A DNA stretch of 63,668 nt, counting the filler, from an uncultured Methanosarcinales archaeon (GTDB lineage: Archaea > Nanobdellota > Nanobdellia > Woesearchaeales > CAZKBD01): the NCBI GenBank assembly GCA_964550945.1. It is 3 parts of 3 records of this genome, joined end to end, with 100 filler letters (N's around TTAATTAATTAA, not from the genome) between each part and the next. Parts side by side here need not be neighbours in the genome. Positions count along the whole stretch, not along the records: positions 44,289 to 63,668 come from CAZKBD010000028.1; 2 more parts are not named here. One strand, given 5' to 3'. The notes under the pieces are model-generated. The model had not been told where the DNA came from and made no database searches. It worked only from the letters and a program-made list of their open reading frames with translations. Position numbers and translations under genes: made by a program. Below, piece after piece: positions 50,326 through 59,587 of this stretch (the first letter of the stretch is position 1; the number at the start of each line of letters is the position of its first letter).

Positions 50326-51650
50326 TGATACCCTCTTATTTCTGTTCTCTCAATAAGGCGTTTGAGTTGCCCTAATTCAAGAGCTGTGTAAGCTTCTGCA
50401 TCTTGAGGTGTCTTAATTTTGATATGTTTTGCAGCTTGGAGAGGATCATCTTGGGGGGAGTCAGTTTCTTTGCTGAATGCATCAATAAATGCCCAGGTTA
50501 TTAAGATATCTCCACGCTTATATGTCCATACTTGAGGATCAATAAATACTGGAAGGCCATATACAGGCAATCCTTTATGATTTCCTAGTTTAGACACCAT
50601 GACATTTCCTGGCTTTGGGTCAAATGCGGAAAAGTCTTTTGCGCCTGCTGATTCTATAGTGCGCATCACTAGGGAATAAGTCCCTGCCTCTAAATAGAAT
50701 CCACCAGGAACCTTAGTATCCAGTTTCTCCAGATCAATGCCTTTTATCCTAGGCATGACTGTGCAATAATCATCTGTTCCTCTTATTTTTCTAACTGTTG
50801 CAGCGACAATTCCATCTAAACCATGCTTTTCAAGCTCAGGAACTATGCCTGTTTCAAATTGCCAGTTTATGCTAGCCTGATCATAAGGAACCTTGACTAC
50901 AAATACCTCTTCAAAGAATGGCAATTCATATAGCCGCCCTACACTCCCTTTCATTCCTGGAATAGCTACTCCTGGCTCAATCTCTTCAGGAATCCCTCCA
51001 AATGGATTTGGGGAAAATGAGGAAACAGGAGCGATCCTGTAAAGCGGCCTTGAAATAAGTTGGTTATATGCACTTTCTATTGTGAGCCTTAAGTTACTAT
51101 TAGCTCTGGTTAATTCAGATTGACCTCTACCGCCAAAACTGAGGCCAAAAGCAGCTATATGGTTATTGAGTACACTTCCAGCCATAGCCTCTAATGATAG
51201 ATTATTATCAGATACAAATTGCATCGCGCTTAAAACACTTTTTTGACTGCTCGTTAATCTAGGGATATACCATCTGCATACAACTGCAGCTAACTGAGGT
51301 GCAATAGCCCTATACTTGAATCGTTCAGGATCTCCTTTCCAAGGCTGTTTTCCATTAGCCTTGAAACTAGCTTGCATCATAGCAACCCCTTCCATAACGG
51401 GATCTGAATATGCTGAAGAGTTGTATTGGCTGAATGAGTTTCTTGCAGATTCAAACCACCCATTTCTTTTACTTCTCACTATATTTGGCAGCACTTTCGT
51501 TGCAAAATAATTGTAAAGATCCCTGTCAGATGAATGGACTATAGCTGCAATCTTATCAAGAATAACCTCTGTAGGTATATTCATTCCTTCTTCTAAGCCA
51601 AAGAAAGACCTTACATCATCTGCCAGCTTTTTGTCTAAAGGCTCGTTCAT
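50322..51650 (-). CDS. Hypothetical protein with protein-kinase-like C-terminal half
   Basis: GMKGSVG..VVKVP, E, MPRIKG, DPKPGNVM, FIDP. Confidence 0.55.
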   Translation of the reverse strand: MNEPLDKKLADDVRSFFGLEEGMNIPTEVILDKIAAIVHSSDRDLYNYFATKVLPNIVRSKRNGWFESARNSFSQYNSSAYSDPVMEGVAMMQASFKANGKQPWKGDPERFKYRAIAPQLAAVVCRWYIPRLTSSQKSVLSAMQFVSDNNLSLEAMAGSVLNNHIAAFGLSFGGRGQSELTRANSNLRLTIESAYNQLISRPLYRIAPVSSFSPNPFGGIPEEIEPGVAIPGMKGSVGRLYELPFFEEVFVVKVPYDQASINWQFETGIVPELEKHGLDGIVAATVRKIRGTDDYCTVMPRIKGIDLEKLDTKVPGGFYLEAGTYSLVMRTIESAGAKDFSAFDPKPGNVMVSKLGNHKGLPVYGLPVFIDPQVWTYKRGDILITWAFIDAFSKETDSPQDDPLQAAKHIKIKTPQDAEAYTALELGQLKRLIERTEIRGYH

Positions 51651-51835
51651 TTTAGTAGATCAATATCCTCTTCATAGGATAGATTATTCTCATCATTCTC
51701 TTTTTTAGTGTCGTTCATCATCTTTATAGAATATTCAAAAGCATGTGACCTATTGCGAAAAGTCTTATCCCTGATCTTGTATCTGATGATGTCTAATGTT
51801 TCTGTGTCAACAGTTATGCAAATCTTATGCTTCAT
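51647..51835 (-). CDS. Ribbon-helix-helix (CopG/MetJ-like) DNA-binding protein
   Basis: KICITVD..FRNRSHAFEY. Confidence 0.7.
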   Translation of the reverse strand: MKHKICITVDTETLDIIRYKIRDKTFRNRSHAFEYSIKMMNDTKKENDENNLSYEEDIDLLK

Positions 51836-52044
51836 ACTGGGTATGGCGAGGTATAACTGATATATAAATGTTACTATTTGGTTATCACTTGTAAGTAGTA
51901 TATTAAATCCAGGGCAATCATCAGGGCAGTCAGTATACCTATCATCTTCTAAATTCTAGATCGAAAAAAAGAGTTAAATTTATAAACAAACAACTAATTC
52001 TTAATTCAGATCCCGTCATACTATCTGAGTGATAGGAGGGTAGA

Positions 52045-52734
52045 ATGGATAAAAAAGCAATAATTGACGCATTAAAGAAAGCAAAGGAAAATTCTAAGAA
52101 AAGAAATTTCAAGCAAACTTATGACCTAATCATAAATCTAAAGGATATCGACACCAAAAAGGTGCAGATAAACCAGTATATACAATTGCATTATGGCATA
52201 GGCAAAAAGATAAAGATATGCGCTCTAGTAGGAAGCGAGATGCTAGGCCCAGCTAAAGAGGTCTGTGATGGCGCCATACCTGTTGATGATTTTGACAAAT
52301 ATTCAGACAAGATAAAAGCAAAGAAGCTTGCCAATAGCTATGATTATTTTATTGCGCAGGCAACCATAATGCCGAAGATTGCGACTGTATTTGGAAGGGT
52401 ATTTGGGCCTAGAGGCAAAATGCCCAATCCAAAGGCTGGCTGTGTTGTTCCGCCAAATGCTAACTTAAGGCCATTAATCGAGAGGCTGCAGAAGACAATA
52501 AAACTGCAGATGAAGACCAGCCCTATACTCCAATGCGCAGTTGGAGCAGAAGACATGAATGAAGAGGAAGTTGCTGATACCATTTCTACAATATATGAAT
52601 CAATAGTGAATATCCTGCCAAGTTCAACTGATAATATAAGGAACGTGCTTGTAAAAATAACCATGGGCAAGCCTGTAAGGATCGGAGAGACGAAAGTTGA
52701 GAAGGCTGAAGAGCATAAGCATAAGAAGAAATAA
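52045..52734 (+). CDS. rpl1: 50S ribosomal protein L1
   Basis: KRNFKQT.DL, GPRGKMP, TMG. Confidence 0.96.
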   Translation: MDKKAIIDALKKAKENSKKRNFKQTYDLIINLKDIDTKKVQINQYIQLHYGIGKKIKICALVGSEMLGPAKEVCDGAIPVDDFDKYSDKIKAKKLANSYDYFIAQATIMPKIATVFGRVFGPRGKMPNPKAGCVVPPNANLRPLIERLQKTIKLQMKTSPILQCAVGAEDMNEEEVADTISTIYESIVNILPSSTDNIRNVLVKITMGKPVRIGETKVEKAEEHKHKKK

Positions 52735-52736
52735 AA

Positions 52737-53957
52737 ATGGCGCATGTAGCTGATTACAAAAAAAAGATTGTAAAGGAGATTAGTGATTCGATTAAAAAAA
52801 GCTCTATCATTGGAGCAATAAATGTGGAAAATCTGCCTGCGCCCCAGTTACAGCGCATAAGAGCACAGCTTAGAAGCAGCGTCAAAATATTGATGACAAA
52901 AAAAAGGCTGATAAAGCTGGCTTTAGAGGATGCTAAAAAAACCAAGCAAGGCGTTGAAGAGCTGGAAAAATACCTGGAAGGAATGCCTGCATTGATATTC
53001 ACTCAAGACAACCCGTTTAGGCTGTATAGGCTATTACAAAAAAATAAAAGCCCTGCTCCAGCAAAAGCAGGACAAAAAGCCCCCAGGGATATTCTTGTCC
53101 CAAAAGGCCCAACCAGTTTTGCACCTGGGCCAATAATCTCTGAATTATCGCAGATTGGAATAAAAACTGGTGTTGACAAAGGAAAAGTTTCGGTCAAGGA
53201 AGATTCGATTGTTGCCAAAAAGGGAGAAATAATAAAACAAAAAGTGGCAGAGGTATTGCTTAAATTAGGCGTAGAGCCGATGGAGGTTGGCCTTGATCTG
53301 GTTGCTGTTTATGAGAATGGAATTGTCTATAACAGGGATATACTTGCTGTTGATGAAACTGAGTTCATGAATAAATTAGGCAATGCTGCCCGTTACTCAT
53401 TTAATCTGGCTATGTTTATTGAATATCCAACAAAAGACACCATAAGGCCGCTTATTGGAAAGGCTTTCAATGATGCAAAGGCGCTTGGAGTAAGCCAGGA
53501 GATAATAGATGATGTGATAATTGATATCCTGCTCGGAAAAGCAAATCAAGAGATGCTAAGCCTGAAAAATATCGCTCATATAGAGGTTGTTGAAAGAAAA
53601 ATAACCAAGGAAGAGAAAGTACTTGAGGAAGAGAAGAAGATAATAGAGGAAGAAAAAGAGCTTGAAAAATCTGAGCAGAAGATAGAAGCTCCTGTTGAAA
53701 AAGAAGTTAGGCAAGCTGTGAAAGAAGAGGAAGAGAAGCAGCTTGAAACAGAAAGGATTGGAAAGGAAAAAGAGTTTGAAAAATTAGAGAAAGCAAAACC
53801 CGCAAAAAAGGAAGTTAGTGAAACTGCGGATGAACTGGAAGAAGCTCCTAAAGAATTAACCACTGCAGCAGAATTAGCTGCAAAAAAGAGAAAAGAACAG
53901 ATGGAAGAAGCTGAAAAATTGGTTCAACAGTTGCAAAGAAAAGGAACTTTGCGATAA
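52737..53957 (+). CDS. rpl10: 50S ribosomal protein L10/P0 with charged C-terminal extension
   Basis: QLQRIR, NPFRL, PAPAKAG, GPTSFAPGP. Confidence 0.95.
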   Translation: MAHVADYKKKIVKEISDSIKKSSIIGAINVENLPAPQLQRIRAQLRSSVKILMTKKRLIKLALEDAKKTKQGVEELEKYLEGMPALIFTQDNPFRLYRLLQKNKSPAPAKAGQKAPRDILVPKGPTSFAPGPIISELSQIGIKTGVDKGKVSVKEDSIVAKKGEIIKQKVAEVLLKLGVEPMEVGLDLVAVYENGIVYNRDILAVDETEFMNKLGNAARYSFNLAMFIEYPTKDTIRPLIGKAFNDAKALGVSQEIIDDVIIDILLGKANQEMLSLKNIAHIEVVERKITKEEKVLEEEKKIIEEEKELEKSEQKIEAPVEKEVRQAVKEEEEKQLETERIGKEKEFEKLEKAKPAKKEVSETADELEEAPKELTTAAELAAKKRKEQMEEAEKLVQQLQRKGTLR

Positions 53958-53983
53958 TAATGATTAAATATGGAGGTTAGAAA

Positions 53984-54295
53984 ATGGAATACATATATGC
54001 AGCAATGTTGATCCACAAAGCTGGTGGCAAAGTCAATGAAAGTGCTGTAAAGAAAGTATTGGAAGCAGCCGGTGTCAAGGCAGATGAAGCAAGGATAAAA
54101 GCATTAGTGGCTTCACTTGAAGGCGTAAATATTGACGAGGCTATTGAAAAGGCTGCAGTTCCAGTTGTTGCAGCTCCAGCAGCTATGAGCGCTCCAGCAG
54201 AAAGTGGAGAAGCAAAGAAAGATGAGAAAAAAGCTGAAGATGAGAAGAAGATGGAACAGCAAGCAGCAGCTGGCCTAGGATCGCTATTCGGCTAA
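53984..54295 (+). CDS. rpl12: 50S ribosomal protein L12/P1
   Basis: [19 protein letters not shown]. Confidence 0.97.
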   Translation: MEYIYAAMLIHKAGGKVNESAVKKVLEAAGVKADEARIKALVASLEGVNIDEAIEKAAVPVVAAPAAMSAPAESGEAKKDEKKAEDEKKMEQQAAAGLGSLFG

Positions 54296-54344
54296 ATTTA
54301 TCTTTTTTTTGATAAGATGACTATGTCAGAGGACGTGAGCGGTT

Positions 54345-55241
54345 ATGCTAACAGAAAAAGAGAAGACGGACTTATTTAGGCAGCTGAATGAAAAAAGAAG
54401 AGACGTTTCGGTTCTAAGAGCTAATTTGAACCAGGCTGACGAGCAAAAAGAGAACTGGTTCGCTAAAAAAGATTCTCTTTCTAAGGAAATTTCTGAATTG
54501 ATAAGGAAAGTTAAGAAAAATAAAGACGAGAGAAATACTCTGACTAACCAGGTCAAAACAGACAAAAGCCTGAGGACAGAAAGCAACAGCCTGGCTAAGA
54601 AAAAGATCGATGAATTAAAAGATCTTAACAAAGAAAAGGTAGAGATATCCAAAAAGTATGATATCAAAGGAAATCCTGTTTATATCAAGCAGGAGATGGA
54701 CAGGTTAGAGGCAAAATTTGAGACAGAGGTCATGTCTTTTGATAAAGAGAAGAAGATAATGGACCAGATCAGGGAATTGAAGAAGAAATATAAAGAAGCT
54801 AAAAAGGTAAGCGATGTGTGGGGTAAAATCCATAAACTGTCCAAGGATGTTGATGAACTGAAGAAAAGCTCCCATGAGACTCATCAAAAGATACAAAGCA
54901 GGGCTGTTGAAAGCCAAAAGAAACATGAAGAGATGATAAAAGAGTCCAAGGAAATAGATGAGCTTAAGAAAAAGGAAGAAGAGGCTTTTACCAAGTTCAT
55001 TGAATTCAAGAAGAAATTTAATGAAGTGAATGAGCAGCTAAAGCAGAAACTAGTTGAGCTGAATATGCTGAACGAGAGCGCTAACGAATATAAAACCGAG
55101 ATTAGAAAAGATAAGCAGGAGAAAGAAGAGCAGTTCCTGAAAAGCAAAGAAGAAATGATTGAAGAGAAGATCAAGAAAGGCAAGAAATTGACTACAGAAG
55201 ATTTGCTTATATTCCAGCAGTCTATCAAAGATAATGAATGA
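54345..55241 (+). CDS. Archaeal coiled-coil protein (COG1340-like)
   Basis: K/E heptads, ETEVMSFDKEK, GKKLTTEDLL. Confidence 0.8.
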   Translation: MLTEKEKTDLFRQLNEKRRDVSVLRANLNQADEQKENWFAKKDSLSKEISELIRKVKKNKDERNTLTNQVKTDKSLRTESNSLAKKKIDELKDLNKEKVEISKKYDIKGNPVYIKQEMDRLEAKFETEVMSFDKEKKIMDQIRELKKKYKEAKKVSDVWGKIHKLSKDVDELKKSSHETHQKIQSRAVESQKKHEEMIKESKEIDELKKKEEEAFTKFIEFKKKFNEVNEQLKQKLVELNMLNESANEYKTEIRKDKQEKEEQFLKSKEEMIEEKIKKGKKLTTEDLLIFQQSIKDNE

Positions 55242-55299
55242 TAAATGTTTTCTGATAATTGATTAATTGGATGATAGGTTAATTGTATCTGCTAAATAA

Positions 55300-55476
55300 T
55301 CACTTGCTTAGAAATTCAGTATAGCCGCAGGTTCCACAGCTCCATCTGCTCTTGTGCTTTGCCATAAACACTTTGCATTTAGGGCAGAACTTGTTTTTTC
55401 TCTCTACCTTATTCCCTGAAATCTGGTACAAATTATGGATCTTTACAGTTTTGGATTTTTTTTGCTCTTTTGCCAT
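55300..55476 (-). CDS. rps27ae: 30S ribosomal protein S27ae (eS31), not in the ORF track
   Basis: 58 aa: ..[27 protein letters not shown]. Confidence 0.93.
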   Translation of the reverse strand: MAKEQKKSKTVKIHNLYQISGNKVERKNKFCPKCKVFMAKHKSRWSCGTCGYTEFLSK

Positions 55477-55478
55477 TT

Positions 55479-55781
55479 TTATTTTTTAGGCTCTTCTTTT
55501 GCTTGTTCTTCTTTTTTCTTTTTTACCTTGACTTTTGGCTCGATCAACTTGAGCTTTTTTTCATCTTCATATTGGTAGCCAATAACTTTTGCTTCTTTCT
55601 TCCCAAATAACACCATTATATTCTTGATAACCACAATATTTTCATTTGCTTTCAAAGCTGAGGCTATTTTTGCTTTAACATCTTTGTTCGAAGGTGTTAC
55701 AGCATCAAAGGAGATTTCTGCCGTTATTCTTGTCCTTGACAATAGAGGCTCTTCTTTTTTCTCAGTTATCTTTAAGTCCAT
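55479..55781 (-). CDS. rps24e: 30S ribosomal protein S24e
   Basis: EPLLSR, TPS, FG..KVIGY.Y; SD GAGGTGA before ATG 55781. Confidence 0.9.
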   Translation of the reverse strand: MDLKITEKKEEPLLSRTRITAEISFDAVTPSNKDVKAKIASALKANENIVVIKNIMVLFGKKEAKVIGYQYEDEKKLKLIEPKVKVKKKKEEQAKEEPKK

Positions 55782-55786
55782 CAATT

Positions 55787-55975
55787 TCACCTCATCTTTA
55801 TTGCGTATTCTCCCTTTACTGTGATGTTTATCTTATTGGCTATATGGGATTTATTTGCATCCAGGATATTCAAACGGCCCTGCCAGTTTGTTGAGAATTG
55901 AGTACCATGACAAATAGGGCATTCATTGCCTTCCACAAACAGCCTGCAGTTTTTGCATACTTTCTTTTTAGTCAT
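55787..55975 (-). CDS. spt4: Spt4 / RNA polymerase subunit E''
   Basis: CKNC..CPIC..WQG..S.IA..GEYA. Confidence 0.93.
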   Translation of the reverse strand: MTKKKVCKNCRLFVEGNECPICHGTQFSTNWQGRLNILDANKSHIANKINITVKGEYAIKMR

Positions 55976-56538
55976 TTTTTAGCTTCTTTCTTTGTTGGTT
56001 CCTTTTTTTCCTGCTCTCCAAACCAGTCTAATCTTCCCAAGCTTGGCTGCCTCATTGTAAGCCCTATCTTAGGGTTTGAAAGATCCTTATAAGAAACTGC
56101 TATGATCCTTGCTCTGCATTTGTCGCCAATTTTCAATGTTTTTTTGCTGTCTTTTCCAGACAGTGTTTTTTCTTTGCTAAAGCTCACAAAATCATCCATT
56201 GTCTGGCTGACGTGGATCATTCCTTCAATTGGGCCTAAGGTTATAAAAGCGCCAAAATCCGCTATATCCCTTATCCTGCCTAAGACAATCTCCTGCATTT
56301 CTGGCTTGAATGTGAGCAGGTCAAAGTTAACATCATAATATGGAGCGCCGTCTCCTGGTATAATAACTCCTTCGCCAACGCTTTTGACTTCAGATACATC
56401 AATGGCAACACCCAAATCTTTGGATATATGGCCTTCATACTTCTTTTTTATCCTTTTGATGATAGCTTCTTCCAAAGGCAGGCCAAAAAGGTCTGGTGGC
56501 ACCCTAATATGGTCGTTTAGCTCTAGTTTATAAAACAT
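55972..56538 (-). CDS. rpoE: DNA-directed RNA polymerase subunit E' (Rpo7)
   Basis: IRVPP, IPGDGA, FGAF..GP.EG.IHVSQ, IGLTMRQ. Confidence 0.95.
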   Translation of the reverse strand: MFYKLELNDHIRVPPDLFGLPLEEAIIKRIKKKYEGHISKDLGVAIDVSEVKSVGEGVIIPGDGAPYYDVNFDLLTFKPEMQEIVLGRIRDIADFGAFITLGPIEGMIHVSQTMDDFVSFSKEKTLSGKDSKKTLKIGDKCRARIIAVSYKDLSNPKIGLTMRQPSLGRLDWFGEQEKKEPTKKEAKK

Positions 56539-56648
56539 TTTATAAATGGTTTTAGATTAGTATTTATAAAGCTTTCTTTTGTTTTTTGTTTGGGATAAAC
56601 AAAAAAGTTTATATACTTCCAAAATGAGGGATGATAACTGGTGATATA

Positions 56649-57005
56649 ATGAAGATTATGATAACTTTTCTTGGGATATTGATCACTTTGGCTGGAATAC
56701 TCCCTTTTTTGAGCAGTATCGGGCTATTGCCTGCCTTTGTGCCGTCTTCGGGAGCTAAATATTCTATATTGGTTATGGTTATTGGAGTTATTGGCTTGGC
56801 CTATGGGATTATAAACAAGATGATAATGGGCTTGGAAAGGGTTGTTACAATAATCATTGCTGTATTAACGATTCTTGGAGGGGTTTTGCCTTTGATATCT
56901 TCAATGGTCCCTAGCTTTATCCCAACATCAGGGCCGTTTTATCCGGTGATAATAATTATTATAGGAATTATAGGGATTATTTATGGGATCATGGCGCTTG
57001 GGTAG
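56649..57005 (+). CDS. Small four-TM membrane protein with internal repeat
   Basis: Two similar halves (GILP..VPSSG.KY / GVLP..IPTSGPFY). Confidence 0.7.
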   Translation: MKIMITFLGILITLAGILPFLSSIGLLPAFVPSSGAKYSILVMVIGVIGLAYGIINKMIMGLERVVTIIIAVLTILGGVLPLISSMVPSFIPTSGPFYPVIIIIIGIIGIIYGIMALG

Positions 57006-57007
57006 AA

Positions 57008-57208
57008 ATGTCAGAAACTTTCCACTAGTCTAAGACTAGTGGCTGAAAGCCAATCTATTTTTGGATTGTGAAAAGTTTCTGAGCATGCTCAAAAACCATC
57101 CTAATATCAAGGTGGCTTCAAACATGCCACCCACGGAAACTAGCGTTTCCTAGCGCAGTAAATGACTTTGTCATTTATGCGCCATCTCTGATGGGTGGTT
57201 TTTGACAT
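57008..57208 (+). repeat. Structured intergenic element, copy 2, with 51-bp nested insert
   Basis: Homolog of 27593-27740; insert at 57134-57184. Confidence 0.85.
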
Positions 57209-57223
57209 AATAGAAATAGAATA

Positions 57224-57727
57224 TTATTGTTCTCCATCTTTTTCCTTGATTAGTTTTGCATGGTTTCTTATCTTGTTATTTAGCTCCTCTTTTAGCTTCT
57301 TAATATACAATCCAATCTGCAATTCAGCTTCTTTCCAATCTTCTTGGTTTATTGGTATGCCGTAGTAGTTTATACCATTTCTTTTTGTCCTTACTTGCTC
57401 AAAGAAATCCCAGCTGAATTCTAATTCAGGATGCTTCTCACATAGATAAGAGAACAAACATTGATGGTTGTCTATCTTGATTTTTTCAAATCTTAAAAAT
57501 GATTCGGCTAACTCGTGCAAAGCGTCATAATATAACTTGTAAACGCTGTTCCATTGATTGCTCTCTTTCTGAAGATTCTTCTTAAGCGAATTTGCAGCTT
57601 CAATATCCCCTTCTGCAATCGCAAGAGTGGATTTAATCTTGCCTATATCCACTTCTTCTATGATAATGAATTTGCCTTCTTTTTTGCATTTAATAAATGC
57701 TTCTTTTTGAGTCATGTATTCAGGCAT
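57224..57727 (-). CDS. HEPN-like protein
   Basis: YY..LHEL, NH.CLF, RTKRNGINYYG; coupled to an MNT gene. Confidence 0.7.
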   Translation of the reverse strand: MPEYMTQKEAFIKCKKEGKFIIIEEVDIGKIKSTLAIAEGDIEAANSLKKNLQKESNQWNSVYKLYYDALHELAESFLRFEKIKIDNHQCLFSYLCEKHPELEFSWDFFEQVRTKRNGINYYGIPINQEDWKEAELQIGLYIKKLKEELNNKIRNHAKLIKEKDGEQ

Positions 57728-58268
57728 TTAAGCTCACCTTCACAAAGCCAATATCTCCTTTGATAAGATTGCCTTTAATAATGTTTTTAATTAAAGCTCC
57801 ACTAAATTTGCTTAATTCTTCTTTAGTGCTGCAGATAAAAAGCTGTATGTTTTTCTTAAGTTTTATTTCGTAATCAGCTATTTTTAACCCTTCAGGATAT
57901 CCATAAATAAACAGGTCTATATCGCTATCCTTATACCAGTCAGAACGCGCAAAACTCCCGAAAATTATGGCAGTTTTCACTTTTTCCAGCGAGCTTATAT
58001 GGTTTAAAAAACCGCAATCATACAGCTTGCTTAATGCAAATATTTTTTTTTTATTCTTGTAGGGTGGAGCACTGTAATTGCTGATGTAGTACGGCATTTT
58101 TTTCCTTTCCTTGACCCTTTTTATCAGCCCTTCAGTTATGAATTTTTTGAGCCATGCGTCTGCTTTGCTTCTTGTGATGGCTGCTTCTTTCAATATCTCC
58201 TCAAAATGCCATTCTCTAGTTGGATTTTCAAAAAAAAGCTCAAGCACTGATTCTTCCTTGCTTTCCAT
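57720..58268 (-). CDS. HTH + minimal nucleotidyltransferase (MNT)
   Basis: FFENP..HF.EI HTH; FGSFAR..SDIDL. Confidence 0.85.
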   Translation of the reverse strand: MESKEESVLELFFENPTREWHFEEILKEAAITRSKADAWLKKFITEGLIKRVKERKKMPYYISNYSAPPYKNKKKIFALSKLYDCGFLNHISSLEKVKTAIIFGSFARSDWYKDSDIDLFIYGYPEGLKIADYEIKLKKNIQLFICSTKEELSKFSGALIKNIIKGNLIKGDIGFVKVSLNA

Positions 58269-58338
58269 AATAGTTCCTATAATGGGAACTAATTTATAAA
58301 GGTTTTGGTTTTTCAGAACGAGTTTTGTGGTTAAGGGG

Positions 58339-58650
58339 TTAGATAATCAATAATTCCTGCATTGTGTCTATCACTGCTTCTTTAATTTCTTTTTCTTTGT
58401 AGATTATATCTGGGTATCTGTTGAGGAATTTTTCTGCTACAGAAGATGATTTCTTAATTAATTGGGCAACATCCTCTTTAGCCCAATTATGCAGTTGGCT
58501 CTTAGAGAAGGCATCAAAACTATAATCCCTTATTTCATCAGTTAGATGTTTCTTTGATTCGGGCTTGTTTGTTTTTGCCAATATAATCTTATGGGCGCTT
58601 GTATTTCCGATAGAGATTGCTAATGAACTAATATCCTGCTTTTTTCCCAT
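58339..58650 (-). CDS. Hypothetical protein
   Basis: 103-aa ORF overlapping the upstream MNT gene. Confidence 0.6.
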   Translation of the reverse strand: MGKKQDISSLAISIGNTSAHKIILAKTNKPESKKHLTDEIRDYSFDAFSKSQLHNWAKEDVAQLIKKSSSVAEKFLNRYPDIIYKEKEIKEAVIDTMQELLII

Positions 58651-59462
58651 GTTCTTATCCTTTTTTCTGTTGCTTCCAGTAGCTTATCCAATATTATATG
58701 CCCTATCTTTTTGTATTCCAGGTCATTTCCTTGTTTTAGTTCACCTAGGGTTGCTTTTCCAATAAGTATATTTAATAGATTATTTAGGCGATTGTTATCA
58801 ATTATGCCATCACTTATCAAATTGATAATGCACAGGTTTCTTATAGCTGAATATAGCTCTTTTCCGCTAACATACTCTAACCCATTCTCTTCTATAATCT
58901 CTTTTGTCTTTAAGCTATCATCTATCTTCATTTTTATGTCAATTAATGATATAGCTCTTTTTTTGGGCAATTCCAGCTTTCCATAGATGACTCTTGAGTC
59001 GCTAAGCTCATAAATCAGGGTTATGTTAGATGGATATGAGCCAATAAGCTCTTTTTCCTCATAGATTTTTAGATCAAGATTGGTATTTTTTGTGAGTTGG
59101 TTTATCAATAAAAACTTTTCACCTAGTTTTTCCCAGCTTTTTTTGTTAACAACCACTAAAACATCAATGTCATTGTAATCAGAGTAATTGTTGTATACAG
59201 CTGATCCGTAGATAAGGATAGCGCTTACATTTTTCACATTTTTTAATATCAAATTTTTTATCTTCTTCTCTATAGATGGCGTTTTTTGGTTGTAATCAAG
59301 TTTTCTTAATAAAGCGCTGCTGCCTATAGTTGCCATTTCTCTCAGCTTAGGCCTTACATATCTGCTGAGGTAATTGCTGTCCTGCTGGGTTAATTTTTTA
59401 TGTTTTAGCTTTTTATCTATCACTTCAAGTTCGCGGTTGGTCAATAATAAGCTCTGAGGCAT
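58620..59462 (-). CDS. Nucleotidyltransferase-domain protein (Pol beta fold)
   Basis: IYGSAV..DIDVLVV..DL. Confidence 0.78.
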   Translation of the reverse strand: MPQSLLLTNRELEVIDKKLKHKKLTQQDSNYLSRYVRPKLREMATIGSSALLRKLDYNQKTPSIEKKIKNLILKNVKNVSAILIYGSAVYNNYSDYNDIDVLVVVNKKSWEKLGEKFLLINQLTKNTNLDLKIYEEKELIGSYPSNITLIYELSDSRVIYGKLELPKKRAISLIDIKMKIDDSLKTKEIIEENGLEYVSGKELYSAIRNLCIINLISDGIIDNNRLNNLLNILIGKATLGELKQGNDLEYKKIGHIILDKLLEATEKRIRTWEKSRILVH

Positions 59463-59587
59463 ATAATAGATATAAGTGTTAAGTGATATATAAAGGTTTC
59501 TGTGGTTTAGAATGGATGTGGTGGGTTAGGGGTAGCGCCGGGGAGGTTAAGAAGAAGTCATACAGAAATTGGAATATAGTGCAAGTT

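Noticed and set aside
55782..55786. No DUF359 (dephospho-CoA kinase) gene between spt4 and rps24e
   Set aside because: Expected loss in a reduced archaeal genome
59515..59560. G-rich intergenic stretch as a tRNA or G-quadruplex
   Set aside because: No cloverleaf; G-tracts irregular; single occurrence
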